From assembly GCA_963792415.1 (NCBI GenBank), contig CAWBVY010000001.1, positions 96,001-160,000 on the forward strand: DNA of 64,000 nt. Reading direction: 5' to 3'. The stretch is from Candidatus Deferrimicrobiaceae bacterium. GTDB lineage: Bacteria; Desulfobacterota; Deferrimicrobia; Deferrimicrobiales; Deferrimicrobiaceae. A model generated the notes under the pieces. The model worked only from the letters and a program-made list of their open reading frames with translations. It was not told the DNA's origin and did no database searches. How positions within the stretch are numbered: the first letter of the stretch is position 1; every line of letters begins with the position of its first letter. This document shows, in pieces, positions 30,243-39,312 of this stretch. A program made the position numbers and the translations under genes.

Positions 30243-31116
30243 TTAATCGACCTTCTCTTCCGTGCGCTTGTTCCCCTTGAGGACTTCCACGGTGTACGCC
30301 TTTTTCGCCGGGGGACGCGGGCGACGGCGCCTTCCTGGAGACACGCCGGGGTTTGTTCCCCTTGGCGGCGGCCTCCGGCAGAAGGGGCGCGTTCCGGAAC
30401 GACGAGAGGAGGCGTCCCTTGTCGACCCCTCCGGTCGTCACCAGCACGTTGTCGGCGAAGTTCCGCATGACGAGCTGGATGATCCCGTCGTTGCTGGCCA
30501 GGGCAAGTTTCTCCGCCTCATCCGGGAGCAGGGCAAGGGTCACCGTGTTCACGGTGACCGGCTTGTTCTCCTTCTGCTCGATCACCTGGCCCGCCGCGAG
30601 AACCCTGGCATCCTGGAGAACGACCTTGGAGACCTTTTCCTGCTGGGCCTTGGCGGAAGGGGATGTCGTAACGATGACGTCTACCCGACTTTCCGGCACG
30701 ATGAAACCTCCCACCCCGACGACCTCGTTCACCTTGACGGAGAACGCCCGCATCCCCGCTGGGATCTTGAGGGAGAGGAGACCGGTGGATCTGTTCAGAG
30801 GCACCAGCTTCGCTTCAACAATCGGCTCGCCGCGCAAGAAGTCCCGCAGGGCGACCCGCCCCACGGCGATCTTCGGGTCGGAGATGGCGTCCTTGGGGTA
30901 GCTGTCCTTCGGCCACGGGGAAACCGCCACCTGGTTCGGGTTGATCGTCGAGCCGATGGGAATTTCGACCAGCGCGACGACGATCCCCACGGTCTGTAGC
31001 CGGGCCTGCTCCGCCACCCGGCTTTGCCCGGAGAGAAACTTGTACGCCCCCACGCTGGCGAGCACGGCCAGCAGCAAGGCGATCCCGATGACCACCATGA
31101 TTCGATTGCGGTTCAT
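30243..31116 (-). CDS. cpaB: Flp pilus assembly protein CpaB/RcpC, frameshift near 30310 as assembled
   Basis: SAF domain, GMRAFSVKVNEVVGVGGFIVPESRVDVI, VTLAL..AEKLALA. The expected tail YTVEVLKGNKRTEEKVD* is in a shifted frame ending TAA 30243. Confidence 0.9.
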
Positions 31117-31135
31117 CCGATGGTTTCTCCCCTCC

Positions 31136-31552
31136 TTAATATTCTCTGCGCATCGTCGTCGTGCTGGAGAGCGGGAACGTCGCGTTGTTCAGGCCCGGGA
31201 TGAACCCGGCGATCATCACGGGAAAATTGTAGTTGACGGTCACGGTCACGGCCCCGAAATTCGCCGGGGCGTCGACCACCGAGACGGTCGCTGTCGTGAT
31301 CCCCGCCGAGGTGAGGATCTGCGTTGGCGCGGGCGGTCGCCGCCGGACCGTTCGCCCCCCCCGGAGCCGGAACGGCCGCAATACGAACCGCCTCCCGCGC
31401 GGCGCCGGTCAGGATGTTTTGCGTCATCCACGCCCGGCCGAATTCGGCGATCCCGACGACGAGCAGCAGCAGCAGCGGGACGACGAGGGCGAACTCGACC
31501 AGGCTCTGCCCTTTTTCGTTTTCCGTGTATTTCGAATCCGTTTCGCTCTCAT
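31136..31552 (-). pseudogene. tadE: TadE-like pseudopilin, two frameshifts (near 31520 and 31322) as assembled
   Basis: EKGQSLVEFALVVPLLLLLVVGIAEFG...AAREAVR, then VTVTVNYNF...TTMRREY* in other frames. Confidence 0.8.
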
Positions 31553-31584
31553 GGTTTCTCTTATCGCCTCATTCCGGAGAAAAC

Positions 31585-31647
31585 TTCAGGGGCCTCCTGG
31601 CGTCCGGGTGTCTCGGCTAATACTCCGGATCCGGGAGGCCCCGTGAA
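31585..31647. other. Long intergenic hairpin between flp and tadE
   Basis: TTCAGGGGCCTCCTGG...CCGGGAGGCCCCGTGAA inverted repeat. Confidence 0.55.
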
Positions 31648-31677
31648 ACGTTTCGCTAGACCTTCAGAGGACTTCTC

Positions 31678-31835
31678 TTATGGGGCACCGGCGATCGTCT
31701 GATAAGTACACGCTATTCAACGCAGCCGCCAAACAGCGTCAGCCCGGCCACAGCGACCAACGCGACCAGGAGGATGATCAGTGCATACTCCACGAGGCCC
31801 TGGCCCTCTTCCTTCCACGGAGTCTTCCGAGTCAT
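31678..31835 (-). pseudogene. flp: Flp type IVb pilin 2 (premature TAG at 31713 as assembled)
   Basis: MTRKTPWKEEG|QGLVEYALIILLVALVAVAGLTLFG with GAGGAG RBS. The tail ALNSV..YQTIAGAP* lies in shifted frames. Not in the ORF track. Confidence 0.8.
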
Positions 31836-31918
31836 CTGCTCCTCATGATCGTTCACTCTGCTTCTGGGAATGCACGGACTCTATGCCGCAGCGTCCTGCG
31901 GGCTATCCTTAGCCGCTA

Positions 31919-32097
31919 TCAGCAGACTGCGTTAGCGATAGTCGTGAATACCGCGCCGACATTCGCGCCCAAAAGAGTCAGCATGGCTATAGCACAGCGA
32001 TGGATACCAGCACGATGATCAACGCGTACTCGACCAGGCCCTGCCCTTCCTCGTCCTGCATCTTGTTCTGCATCTGCACGAAGAATTTCGTCAACAT
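31919..32097 (-). pseudogene. flp: Flp type IVb pilin 1 (frameshift near 31993 as assembled)
   Basis: MLTKFFVQMQNKMQDEEG|QGLVEYALIIVLVSIA, then AIAMLTLLGANVGAVFTTIANAVC* in a shifted frame. Strong AGGAGG RBS. Not in the ORF track. Confidence 0.85.
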
Positions 32098-32315
32098 TTC
32101 TTCCCTCCTCCTTTTTGCCGGTTACCGGTGGTTTCGCCCCGGCTTCGACCCGTCAAGGGTCTCTTCGGTTGGTTGCCTGGAAAACTTTACCACCAACATC
32201 CCAACACACTGTTTACCCACCCACCAACAGTGAAGTTTCCTTCCCCGAAGTAGCACCTCCTTTCCTATCGATCTACAACGCCCACGATAGGCAATCACGA
32301 ATCGATGTTGGATAA

Positions 32316-32332
32316 AGCAACTGTCATGCCAA
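32316..32332 (-). promoter_or_regulatory. sigma54 (-24/-12) promoter of the flp/tad operon
   Basis: TTGGCATGACAGTTGCT matches TGGCAC-N5-TTGCW. An AT-rich upstream region (32340-32560) is compatible with IHF/enhancer sites. Confidence 0.8.
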
Positions 32333-32696
32333 ATTCGCACCCACCCTCTTCCCGAAAGTGTACCTTTACCACACTAATATCATTGGGATTTCTCCATTAA
32401 CTTCCTATTTTCTGTCGGTTTACACAATAAAACGGGAAAATAAATACACACATTTCCCTCAAACCGAAATTCGGTGACGAATTTTTTTCCCTATGCCATT
32501 TTGTCATCAATTACCTGGCTGAAACAAATAAAAGTTTTATTTCGGTTTTGTAATAAAGTGAGTGCCCTGTCGACTCGAGGGTACGCCGGCGACATTGCGG
32601 GGAACGTGCCCGAGCAGGATTCGTTGATGGTCGCAGCTTACCGCAGGAAGGTCATAAAAACCGGGAGAGCGGATCGATCGGCCGAGCGGGAGCCGG

Positions 32697-32767
32697 TCTC
32701 AGACGGTCACTTTCCCCTGGTGGGTGCCGAAGACGGAGCGCATCACGTCGGAGATCTCGCTGAGCGT
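32697..32767. repeat. Direct repeat copy 1: displaced 3' end of the mutase gene (att-like)
   Basis: 32697-32760 is identical to 42731-42794 (64 bp); 71 bp with one mismatch. Confidence 0.92.
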
Positions 32768-34254
32768 GAACATCCCGGGACGATCCGAAGGTGAGGTCGA
32801 TGATCGATGCGTACCGGCGGGAGAGCCCCTAAGCGCGTCTCCTCCGCCTCCCGCGGATCCATCCCTGTCCCGTACACGGCCAGGATCGAAATGCCTGCGA
32901 GACAGAAGAGATACATCAGGCTCGCCGGACGGGCCATGACCCGGAGGACGGCGGTCAGAAGATCGGGGAAAAACTTCTGATCGATTTCCAGCAGGGCCGC
33001 CGTTGCGACCACGCGATCGCGAAGACCCCACCCGCCCGCCATGACGACCAGGCCGTCGACAGCGCGAGGATCCCGGATTTTTCCCAGAACCGTGGCGGCG
33101 GCGCGACGCACCTGCCCATCGCGGTTCCGCAGAGACCGGATCAGGGCATCGAGGCTGCGCGGATCCTTCCTCACGGCAAGGTCGTTCCCGGCCCCCCGGG
33201 ACCCCGCAAGAGTGTCATGAATCAATCTCCCCAGCGGCTCTCCCAGTTCCTCGAGAACCTTCGCCGCGGCCTCGCGAACCTTCGGGTCCGCATCTCCCAG
33301 GCTTGTCAGGAGAGGGTCCACGGCCCGGCGCTCCCCGAACTTTCCCAGGGTCCACGCCGCGGCCTCGCGGACCTTAGGATCCGGGTCCCTCAGAGTTTTC
33401 AGGAGAGGGTCCACGGCCCGGCGGTCGATGAACTTTCCCAAGGACCACACCGCGGCCTCGCGGACCTTTGCGTGGGTGTCTCCCAGGGCATCGATCAGGG
33501 GTGCGACAGCCCGCGGATCCGCCAATCCCCCCAACGAATACGCCGCCGCCTCGCGCACGTCCTGATACCTGTCGCCCAGCGCGGTGACGAGGGGATCCAC
33601 GGCCCGGCGGTCCCCGAACTTCCCCAGGACCCATCCCGCGGCCAGGCGAACATTCGGACGCCCGTCCCCCAGAGACTTGACGAGGGGGCCGATCGCCCGG
33701 GGATCTGCGATCTCCCCCAGGGCCCAAGCCGCGGCTTCCTGCACACTGTCCGACGTGTCCTCCAGAGCTCTGACCAGGGGTTCGACGGCGCGAGGATCCT
33801 TGAGCTTGCCCAGCGTTTTCACGGCGGCTGCGCGGACGTTGGGATCCCAGGTACCCAGGACGTTGAGGAGGGGCACGACCGCCCGGGGGTCCTTACCGGC
33901 CGCAAGCGTATCCCGGGCCTTTTCGGAGCCCTTCAGGCACTGGACGATCACCCCCCCCAGCGGCTCTCCCAGATTCTCCAAAGCCTTGGCCGCAGCCTCC
34001 CGCACGCCGGAATATTCGTCGCCCAGCGCGATGACGAGAGGATCCACGGCTTGCGAGTCCCCGATTCTCCCGAGGGACTGGGCCGCGGCTTTGCGCACCG
34101 TGGGATCCTTGTCTTCCAAAGCGTTGAGGAGGTGTATCGTATCCCTCCCGGTTTCCAGGCTCCGGACATCCTTCGGGTCGACGCAAGGGGCCTCCATTGC
34201 AACGAGCGACAGAAGGCAAGCGGCAAGCGCCGTGATCTGCAGGACTCGACTCAT
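32743..34254 (-). CDS. Exported HEAT/PBS-lyase repeat protein with C-terminal TM segment
   Basis: Signal peptide, repeated 31-aa units (L.D....VREAAAW.LG..GD.RAVDPL), hydrophobic LMYLFCLAGISILAVY near the C-terminus. Confidence 0.88.
   Translation of the reverse strand: MSRVLQITALAACLLSLVAMEAPCVDPKDVRSLETGRDTIHLLNALEDKDPTVRKAAAQSLGRIGDSQAVDPLVIALGDEYSGVREAAAKALENLGEPLGGVIVQCLKGSEKARDTLAAGKDPRAVVPLLNVLGTWDPNVRAAAVKTLGKLKDPRAVEPLVRALEDTSDSVQEAAAWALGEIADPRAIGPLVKSLGDGRPNVRLAAGWVLGKFGDRRAVDPLVTALGDRYQDVREAAAYSLGGLADPRAVAPLIDALGDTHAKVREAAVWSLGKFIDRRAVDPLLKTLRDPDPKVREAAAWTLGKFGERRAVDPLLTSLGDADPKVREAAAKVLEELGEPLGRLIHDTLAGSRGAGNDLAVRKDPRSLDALIRSLRNRDGQVRRAAATVLGKIRDPRAVDGLVVMAGGWGLRDRVVATAALLEIDQKFFPDLLTAVLRVMARPASLMYLFCLAGISILAVYGTGMDPREAEETRLGALPPVRIDHRPHLRIVPGCSRSARSPT
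33260..33870 (-). repeat. Intragenic ~93-bp tandem repeats encoding HEAT units
   Basis: Recurring GGATCCACGGCCCGGCG / GGGTCCACGGCCCGGCG and CGCGGCCTCGCG units at ~93-bp period; boundaries approximate. Confidence 0.75.
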
Positions 34255-35306
34255 AACTTGCGCATAAGGACCCGCGTGTATATCTCCCGCATCCGTTCGG
34301 CAACCACCCGGAAATCTAGCAACAACGCTTTGGATCGGCTGGTGTTTGCCATCTTTTCCCTTGTGCCCGCATCGTCCAGGAGGCTAAGGATCCCGTCCGC
34401 GAGTGCCCTCGGATCTTTCCTCGGGCAAAGAATCCCCGCGTCCTCCCCGACATACTCCCGGATGCCTCCCACATCGGTCGCGACGATCGGCAAACCCGAC
34501 GCCATCGATTCGAGCAAGGCGTTATTTGCGGTCGCGTCTTCGAAAGAGAACACGGCGATTTTCGCCGTCTGAAGCGCCCGCAGCATTTCCTCGTCGCTGA
34601 CCCGGTCGAGAAACCGGATGCGCGGATCCTCCAGTTGCGGGAAATACGATTTCTTGTCGCTGCGCGTGCCGATCGCAAGGAAGCGCACCGCCGGATTCTC
34701 CTTCCAGACGAGACGGATCGCCTCCCGATGCGTTTCGAAATCCCGCAAATGCGAACCAATGGTAACGCAGACCGGCTGGTCGTCCCGCTGTCCGGGAGGG
34801 TGGAAGAATCCGGTGTCCACCCCGTGCCGGACCACGAAAATCCGGTCGGGAGGGAGGAATTCCTCGAAGTAGACCCGCTGCGCATCGCATACGAGGATGG
34901 CAGCGTCAAGGTGCTTCGCGATCCGCTCGATGGATCCCAATTCCCTCAAATGGTCCGCGGGTTGATGAAAGGAGGCCACCAGCCGGTTCCCGGTGGGCCG
35001 GTTGGCCCGTCGAAGCAGCCAGAGATCCGAGTCGCCATAGAGCACGTGGTACACGCAGTCTCTGTTGCGGATCATGTGTCTCAGGGAGGACCATTCCGTC
35101 AGGTGCGCTCCCAGGGAATACCAGGGATGCCGGACCATCCTGCAGATGGCCTGGTTCAGCGGCCACCCCCATTTCCCCTGGGTCCAACGGAAATTTACGG
35201 GCGGTGCCAGCGCGGTTCCGATGTACCGGCCGAACGCCTCGTAACCGGAATGGCGGGCATGGTGAGGATACCGCAGCCCGACCAGGAATACCCGGTCACG
35301 CATCAT
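34251..35306 (-). CDS. Glycosyltransferase family 4
   Basis: RHGVDTGFF, ANNALLESMASGLPIVATDVGG. ATGA overlap with the upstream GT2. Confidence 0.9.
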   Translation of the reverse strand: MMRDRVFLVGLRYPHHARHSGYEAFGRYIGTALAPPVNFRWTQGKWGWPLNQAICRMVRHPWYSLGAHLTEWSSLRHMIRNRDCVYHVLYGDSDLWLLRRANRPTGNRLVASFHQPADHLRELGSIERIAKHLDAAILVCDAQRVYFEEFLPPDRIFVVRHGVDTGFFHPPGQRDDQPVCVTIGSHLRDFETHREAIRLVWKENPAVRFLAIGTRSDKKSYFPQLEDPRIRFLDRVSDEEMLRALQTAKIAVFSFEDATANNALLESMASGLPIVATDVGGIREYVGEDAGILCPRKDPRALADGILSLLDDAGTREKMANTSRSKALLLDFRVVAERMREIYTRVLMRKL

Positions 35307-36544
35307 GGGGAACTTTCCTGGGCGTCCGAAAATCGCTTCCGGATCCGCTCGGCGCGTTTCACGGATCGGGGGTAGGCTCCGGAAAGCCCGATGATCCCAC
35401 CCCATAGTTCCGCCAGGAGAAGGCCCGGGGGCAGGACATGTTTCCCCCGCAGGCTCTCCGACAGCCCGTGCAGCTTGTAACCGAACCACCAGAGGAGGAG
35501 ACGGCGGAGCTTGGGGCGCTGGGTGACGTCGCTGCCGTAGGTTTTCACGACAAAGGCCATCAGTCCCTGCCCCCAGCTGCGGCAGTATTGACGGCGCAGT
35601 TGGTCGTATCCCCGGCGATGCCGGTGAAAGACCATGAACCGGGGCTCGTAGATCAGCGGGTAGCCCGCCCGGATGATCCGATACAGCATGTCCGAGTCGC
35701 CACCGCCTGGCAGGGGAGGCCCCGTATCCAGGGCTTCGTCGAATCCCCCGAGATCGAGCGCCACCTTTCTCAGGAACGCCATGTTGCACCCGGTGCCCAG
35801 TTTCCCCCCGACGCAAGGGTAAAAAGGGTTGCCGGGCAATGTCTGGCCGTACCGGATGGTTTCGAAGCTTTTCTCGAAACCTCCTGCTCTCTCGAAAAGG
35901 ATCTGGGCTTCTGTCTCGAGTTCGGAAGGCAGGACGAGGCCGGTAAACGCCGCCGCATCCGGGTAGCGGGCGATGGCTCTCCTCAGCGCGCTCAGCCAGT
36001 ACCTGTCGACGGTCACATCGTCATCGATAAAGGCGATCATCTCCCCCATCGCCTCTTTCAGCGCAAGGTTTCGCGCGAAGTTCAGGCCCGGTTTCGGCTC
36101 CATGACGTACTTTACCGGTGGAAGGGAGGTGGCCAGTTCCCGTGTCCGACCGTCGGAGGGCGCGTTGTCGACCACCAGGATCTCGAAATCCTTTCCATCC
36201 TCCCCGGCACGCAACGCCATCAGGCACTCCAGACAGCGGGCAAGGTCCAGGGGGTTATCCTTGGAGCAGATGGCCACGGTGAGGGATGGAGACCGCTCCG
36301 GCGGAGCCGCATAACCGTTCTCTTCGGAGAGGTTTCCCTCGAGGAGATGGGGCTTTACTTCCCGCAGGATCACCTGTTCCAGGTCCCCTGGGGTAAGCAC
36401 GCTTTTTCCGGGAAGGGCCTGCATCGAAAAAGCGATCGGCCGGTCTTTCCGGCGCAGCAGGATCGCAACGCCCGTATCCCCCTCGGGGATGGCCACGGGC
36501 GGAAGAGGTTCCGTGACGTCGATTTCCAGGATCCGGTAGGGCAT
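35303..36544 (-). CDS. Glycosyltransferase family 2
   Basis: VAICSKD, VVDNAPSD, GLNFARN, FIDDD, GTGCNMAF, GGFDEAL. Confidence 0.92.
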   Translation of the reverse strand: MPYRILEIDVTEPLPPVAIPEGDTGVAILLRRKDRPIAFSMQALPGKSVLTPGDLEQVILREVKPHLLEGNLSEENGYAAPPERSPSLTVAICSKDNPLDLARCLECLMALRAGEDGKDFEILVVDNAPSDGRTRELATSLPPVKYVMEPKPGLNFARNLALKEAMGEMIAFIDDDVTVDRYWLSALRRAIARYPDAAAFTGLVLPSELETEAQILFERAGGFEKSFETIRYGQTLPGNPFYPCVGGKLGTGCNMAFLRKVALDLGGFDEALDTGPPLPGGGDSDMLYRIIRAGYPLIYEPRFMVFHRHRRGYDQLRRQYCRSWGQGLMAFVVKTYGSDVTQRPKLRRLLLWWFGYKLHGLSESLRGKHVLPPGLLLAELWGGIIGLSGAYPRSVKRAERIRKRFSDAQESSP

Positions 36545-36569
36545 GCCTCACCCCTGCGAACTATCCCAT

Positions 36570-37769
36570 CTATCTTTTCGCCGCATCTCGCCTGAATGCG
36601 CCTGCGATGACCGCCGGCAGGGCTTTCACCACTTCCATGAAAGACATGTTCCTCGGGTCCGCTTTCACCCTATATCTCTCCGCTTCGGCAAAATAATGGT
36701 CAGCTTTCGCCCTGTGGGTCTCCGTCTCCAATTTCCACTTCTCCGCCTCGGCGATATAGTGCTCGGCCTTCTCCCGGTGCATCGCCGCTTCCTCGCGGTA
36801 CCTGTCCGCTTCGACGATGAAATGTTCCGCTTTCGCCTGGTGGGCCTCCGTCTCCAATTTGCACTTCTCCGTCTCGGCGATGTAGTGCTCGGCCTTTTCC
36901 CGCTGCATCGCCGCCTCCTCACGATATCTTTCCGCTTCGGCGATGAAATGTTCCGCTTTGGCCCGATGGACCTCCATCTCCGCCTTGTACCTCTCAGCTT
37001 CGGAAACGCAATGTTCCGCGGTTTTCCTGTGCCGGTCCGCTTCCTCCCGGTTTTTTTCGGCTTCGGCCGAGAATATTTCATATTTCCGGAAAGCTTCCGA
37101 TTGCTTCCCTGCCATTTCCATGAACATCCGGGGGTGGACGATGGAAAGCTGGGCATCCCGGATGTCTTTCCGCTCCGCCTGCAGTCCAGGGCGTTCTTCC
37201 AGGTACTCTCGTTTCACGAACAGCAGGATGTTCTGGCTGTACCAAGATTCGACGTCGGCGTTTTGCCAGACGTGCTTTCGGATCGGATCGAGCGCGACGA
37301 ACCCTTTCCTGCCGAAGAGCTCCACCCAGTAGTCCGGCCACTGCTCGTTCACGTGGTCGGTCCCCCCCTGGAAGGGAACCGCGGCCGAGAAGAGAACCGC
37401 CGGTCCAAGGTGCGTCAACGAATCCACGAAGGTCTCCGCGCATTCGGGAGGAAGATGCTCCGCGACTTCCAGCGATACCACCAGGTGGAATTCCCGGTCC
37501 ACCGAAAGCGGGAATCTCAGATCGTGCGGGAGAAATTCCTTCTCCGGGATCTCCAGGATCTCCCCGGTCACGTACTCCCTGTCGATCCCGAGGATCTCCC
37601 GGGCACCGTATTCCCGGAACACCGACAGCCAGGTCCCGGCCCCGCAGCCGACGTCGACCACCGATCGGGGATGGATCCATCGCATGACCAGGGGAACAAT
37701 CGCCTCCGCGGATCTCCGGGCGCCCTCCCGGTGGGCCAGGTAGTACTCCTTCGTGTACGGGATCGTCAT
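36570..37769 (-). CDS. Class I SAM methyltransferase with C-terminal repeat coiled coil (WbdD-like)
   Basis: VVDVGCGAG, SLEVAEHL, GGTDHVNEQ, followed by 21-aa repeats. This is the C-terminal 399 aa of ORF 36570..38540. Confidence 0.85.
   Translation of the reverse strand: MTIPYTKEYYLAHREGARRSAEAIVPLVMRWIHPRSVVDVGCGAGTWLSVFREYGAREILGIDREYVTGEILEIPEKEFLPHDLRFPLSVDREFHLVVSLEVAEHLPPECAETFVDSLTHLGPAVLFSAAVPFQGGTDHVNEQWPDYWVELFGRKGFVALDPIRKHVWQNADVESWYSQNILLFVKREYLEERPGLQAERKDIRDAQLSIVHPRMFMEMAGKQSEAFRKYEIFSAEAEKNREEADRHRKTAEHCVSEAERYKAEMEVHRAKAEHFIAEAERYREEAAMQREKAEHYIAETEKCKLETEAHQAKAEHFIVEADRYREEAAMHREKAEHYIAEAEKWKLETETHRAKADHYFAEAERYRVKADPRNMSFMEVVKALPAVIAGAFRRDAAKR
36669..37067 (-). repeat. 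Six-plus 63-bp (21-aa) tandem repeats alternating in a 126-bp super-unit
   Basis: AEAERYREEAAMQREKAEHYI / AETEKCKLETEAHQAKAEHFI / VEADRYREEAAMHREKAEHYI / AEAEKWKLETETHRAKADHYF. Confidence 0.85.
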
Positions 37770-37779
37770 CGGGGTCCCC

Positions 37780-38540
37780 TCACCGGGTGCCTGCCCGGTA
37801 GGCGTCCAGCACCTTGCCGACCTCGCCTTCCATGCGGGTCTCCCCTCCATCCAGCCACACCGCGCGGGAGCAGAGCTCGCGGACGATGTCCGCATTGTGG
37901 GAGACGACCACCATCGTACACCCCCTTGACCGGTACGCACGGAGGCGATCGAGACACTTCTCCTGGAACGACTGGTCGCCGACCGCCAGCACCTCGTCCA
38001 GCAGAAGGATGTCCGGCTCAACGTTGACGGCCACCGAGAAGGCCAGCCGGGCCACCATCCCGGAGGAGTAATACTTGACGGGCATGTCGATGAACTCTCC
38101 GATCCCGCGAACTCCACGATCTCCCGGTATCGCTGCGCAAGCTGCGACCGACTCAGGCCCATGATCGCGCCGTAGAGATCCAGGTTTTCGGCGCCTGTGA
38201 GGTCCGTGTTGAAGCCCGCTCCCAGCTCGATGACCGCCGCGATGCGCCCGGAGGTCTCCACGGTCCCCGAGGTCGGCGTATAGATCCCGGCAATCAGCCG
38301 AAGCGCCGTGCTCTTCCCGCCTCCGTTCGGTCCGATCAGCGCCACCGCCTCCCCGCGGCCCACACGGAGATTGAAGCCCCGGAGGGAGAACTCGGCGCGG
38401 CGAACCGTGATCGGCCGTCGCAACGCGGTCCGGATGAACCACTCCCGGAGAGACGTCGTCCGGTGGGAGTACAGGTAGAAATTTTTCAAGACGTCCCGGC
38501 AAAGCACCGCCGGGTCGCTGCGAAGATCAGGCGATCTCAA
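37780..38540 (-). pseudogene. wzt: Polysaccharide ABC transporter ATPase Wzt, frameshift near 38105 as assembled
   Basis: GPNGGGKST in one frame; YSSGMVARLAF, LLLDEVLAVGD and VSH in another. Adding one G to the GGG run restores the gene. Confidence 0.88.
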
Positions 38541-39312
38541 CGCAGGATTCCTTGCAGCGCTTGAAAATGCCGTGCCCGACCGCGCAGGTGACGATCGCCG
38601 TCACGGAAACCCCCGCCAGGAGCGTCGCCGAGGGCCAGCCGCCCTCGTAGAGCACCACGTGGAAGAGCCGCAACAGACCCACGACGGGATTCAGGTAATA
38701 GAAGGGCTGCGCTTCCACGGGGATCATCTCCACGGGATAGAACACGGGGGAAATGTAGAAAAGCGACGTGATCACGATCGGCAGCGCGTGTTGGACGTCG
38801 TAGTAAAGGACCGCGATCGCCGCGAGGGGGAACATCAGCCCGACCGCCAGGATCACCTGGAGCGCGACGATCAGGGGGAGGAGCGCGAGACTCGACGGAA
38901 TGGCGTGATGATGAAACACGACGAGGGCGATCATGACGATCACGATTTCCAGCAGAAACTCCACCAGCTTCGAGAGGGAGGCGCTCAGGATCAGGATTTC
39001 CGGGGGGTAGTAGACGCTGCGGCTCAGGGAAGCATGGTCCCGGAGGATCGTGGTGGAATGGTACAGGGTCCGCTGGATGAAATTCCAGACGAAGAACCCG
39101 CTGATCAGGAAAGCCCAGTAATGGACGATCTGGATCCGGATGACGTAGGTGAAGACGGTGACCAGGACCGCCACGGTAAACAGGGGATTCAGCAGGGTCC
39201 AGATCAGCCCCAGCAGCGATCGCTGGTACTTGACCCTGAGATCCCGGATGACGAGGCTTCGCAGCAACCCCCGGAACCGCCAGAGTTCCACCGGCATCGG
39301 GGCACGTTTCAT
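38527..39312 (-). CDS. wzm: Polysaccharide ABC transporter permease Wzm
   Basis: RDLRVKYQRSLLGLIWTLLNP, FYISPVFYP, LNP. Confidence 0.92.
   Translation of the reverse strand: MKRAPMPVELWRFRGLLRSLVIRDLRVKYQRSLLGLIWTLLNPLFTVAVLVTVFTYVIRIQIVHYWAFLISGFFVWNFIQRTLYHSTTILRDHASLSRSVYYPPEILILSASLSKLVEFLLEIVIVMIALVVFHHHAIPSSLALLPLIVALQVILAVGLMFPLAAIAVLYYDVQHALPIVITSLFYISPVFYPVEMIPVEAQPFYYLNPVVGLLRLFHVVLYEGGWPSATLLAGVSVTAIVTCAVGHGIFKRCKESCVEIA

Noticed and set aside
25098-32097. Calling the locus a Myxococcus Kil-type predation system
   Set aside because: No FHA-domain or other Kil-specific genes were recognisable; Tad core genes alone do not support predation.
32098-32310. c-di-GMP (GEMM) riboswitch in the flp leader
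   Set aside because: GGCAA is present, but I could not match the GAAA tetraloop/receptor and GCAAAG core; needs an Infernal scan.
33260-33870. CRISPR-like periodic repeats
   Set aside because: The period is ~93 bp, in frame and degenerate; they encode HEAT units, with no unique spacers or cas genes.
36570-38540. Apparent 656-aa Wzt-methyltransferase fusion
   Set aside because: The ABC signature and Walker B are in another frame; a single missing G near 38105 explains it, and the methyltransferase has its own start at 37769.
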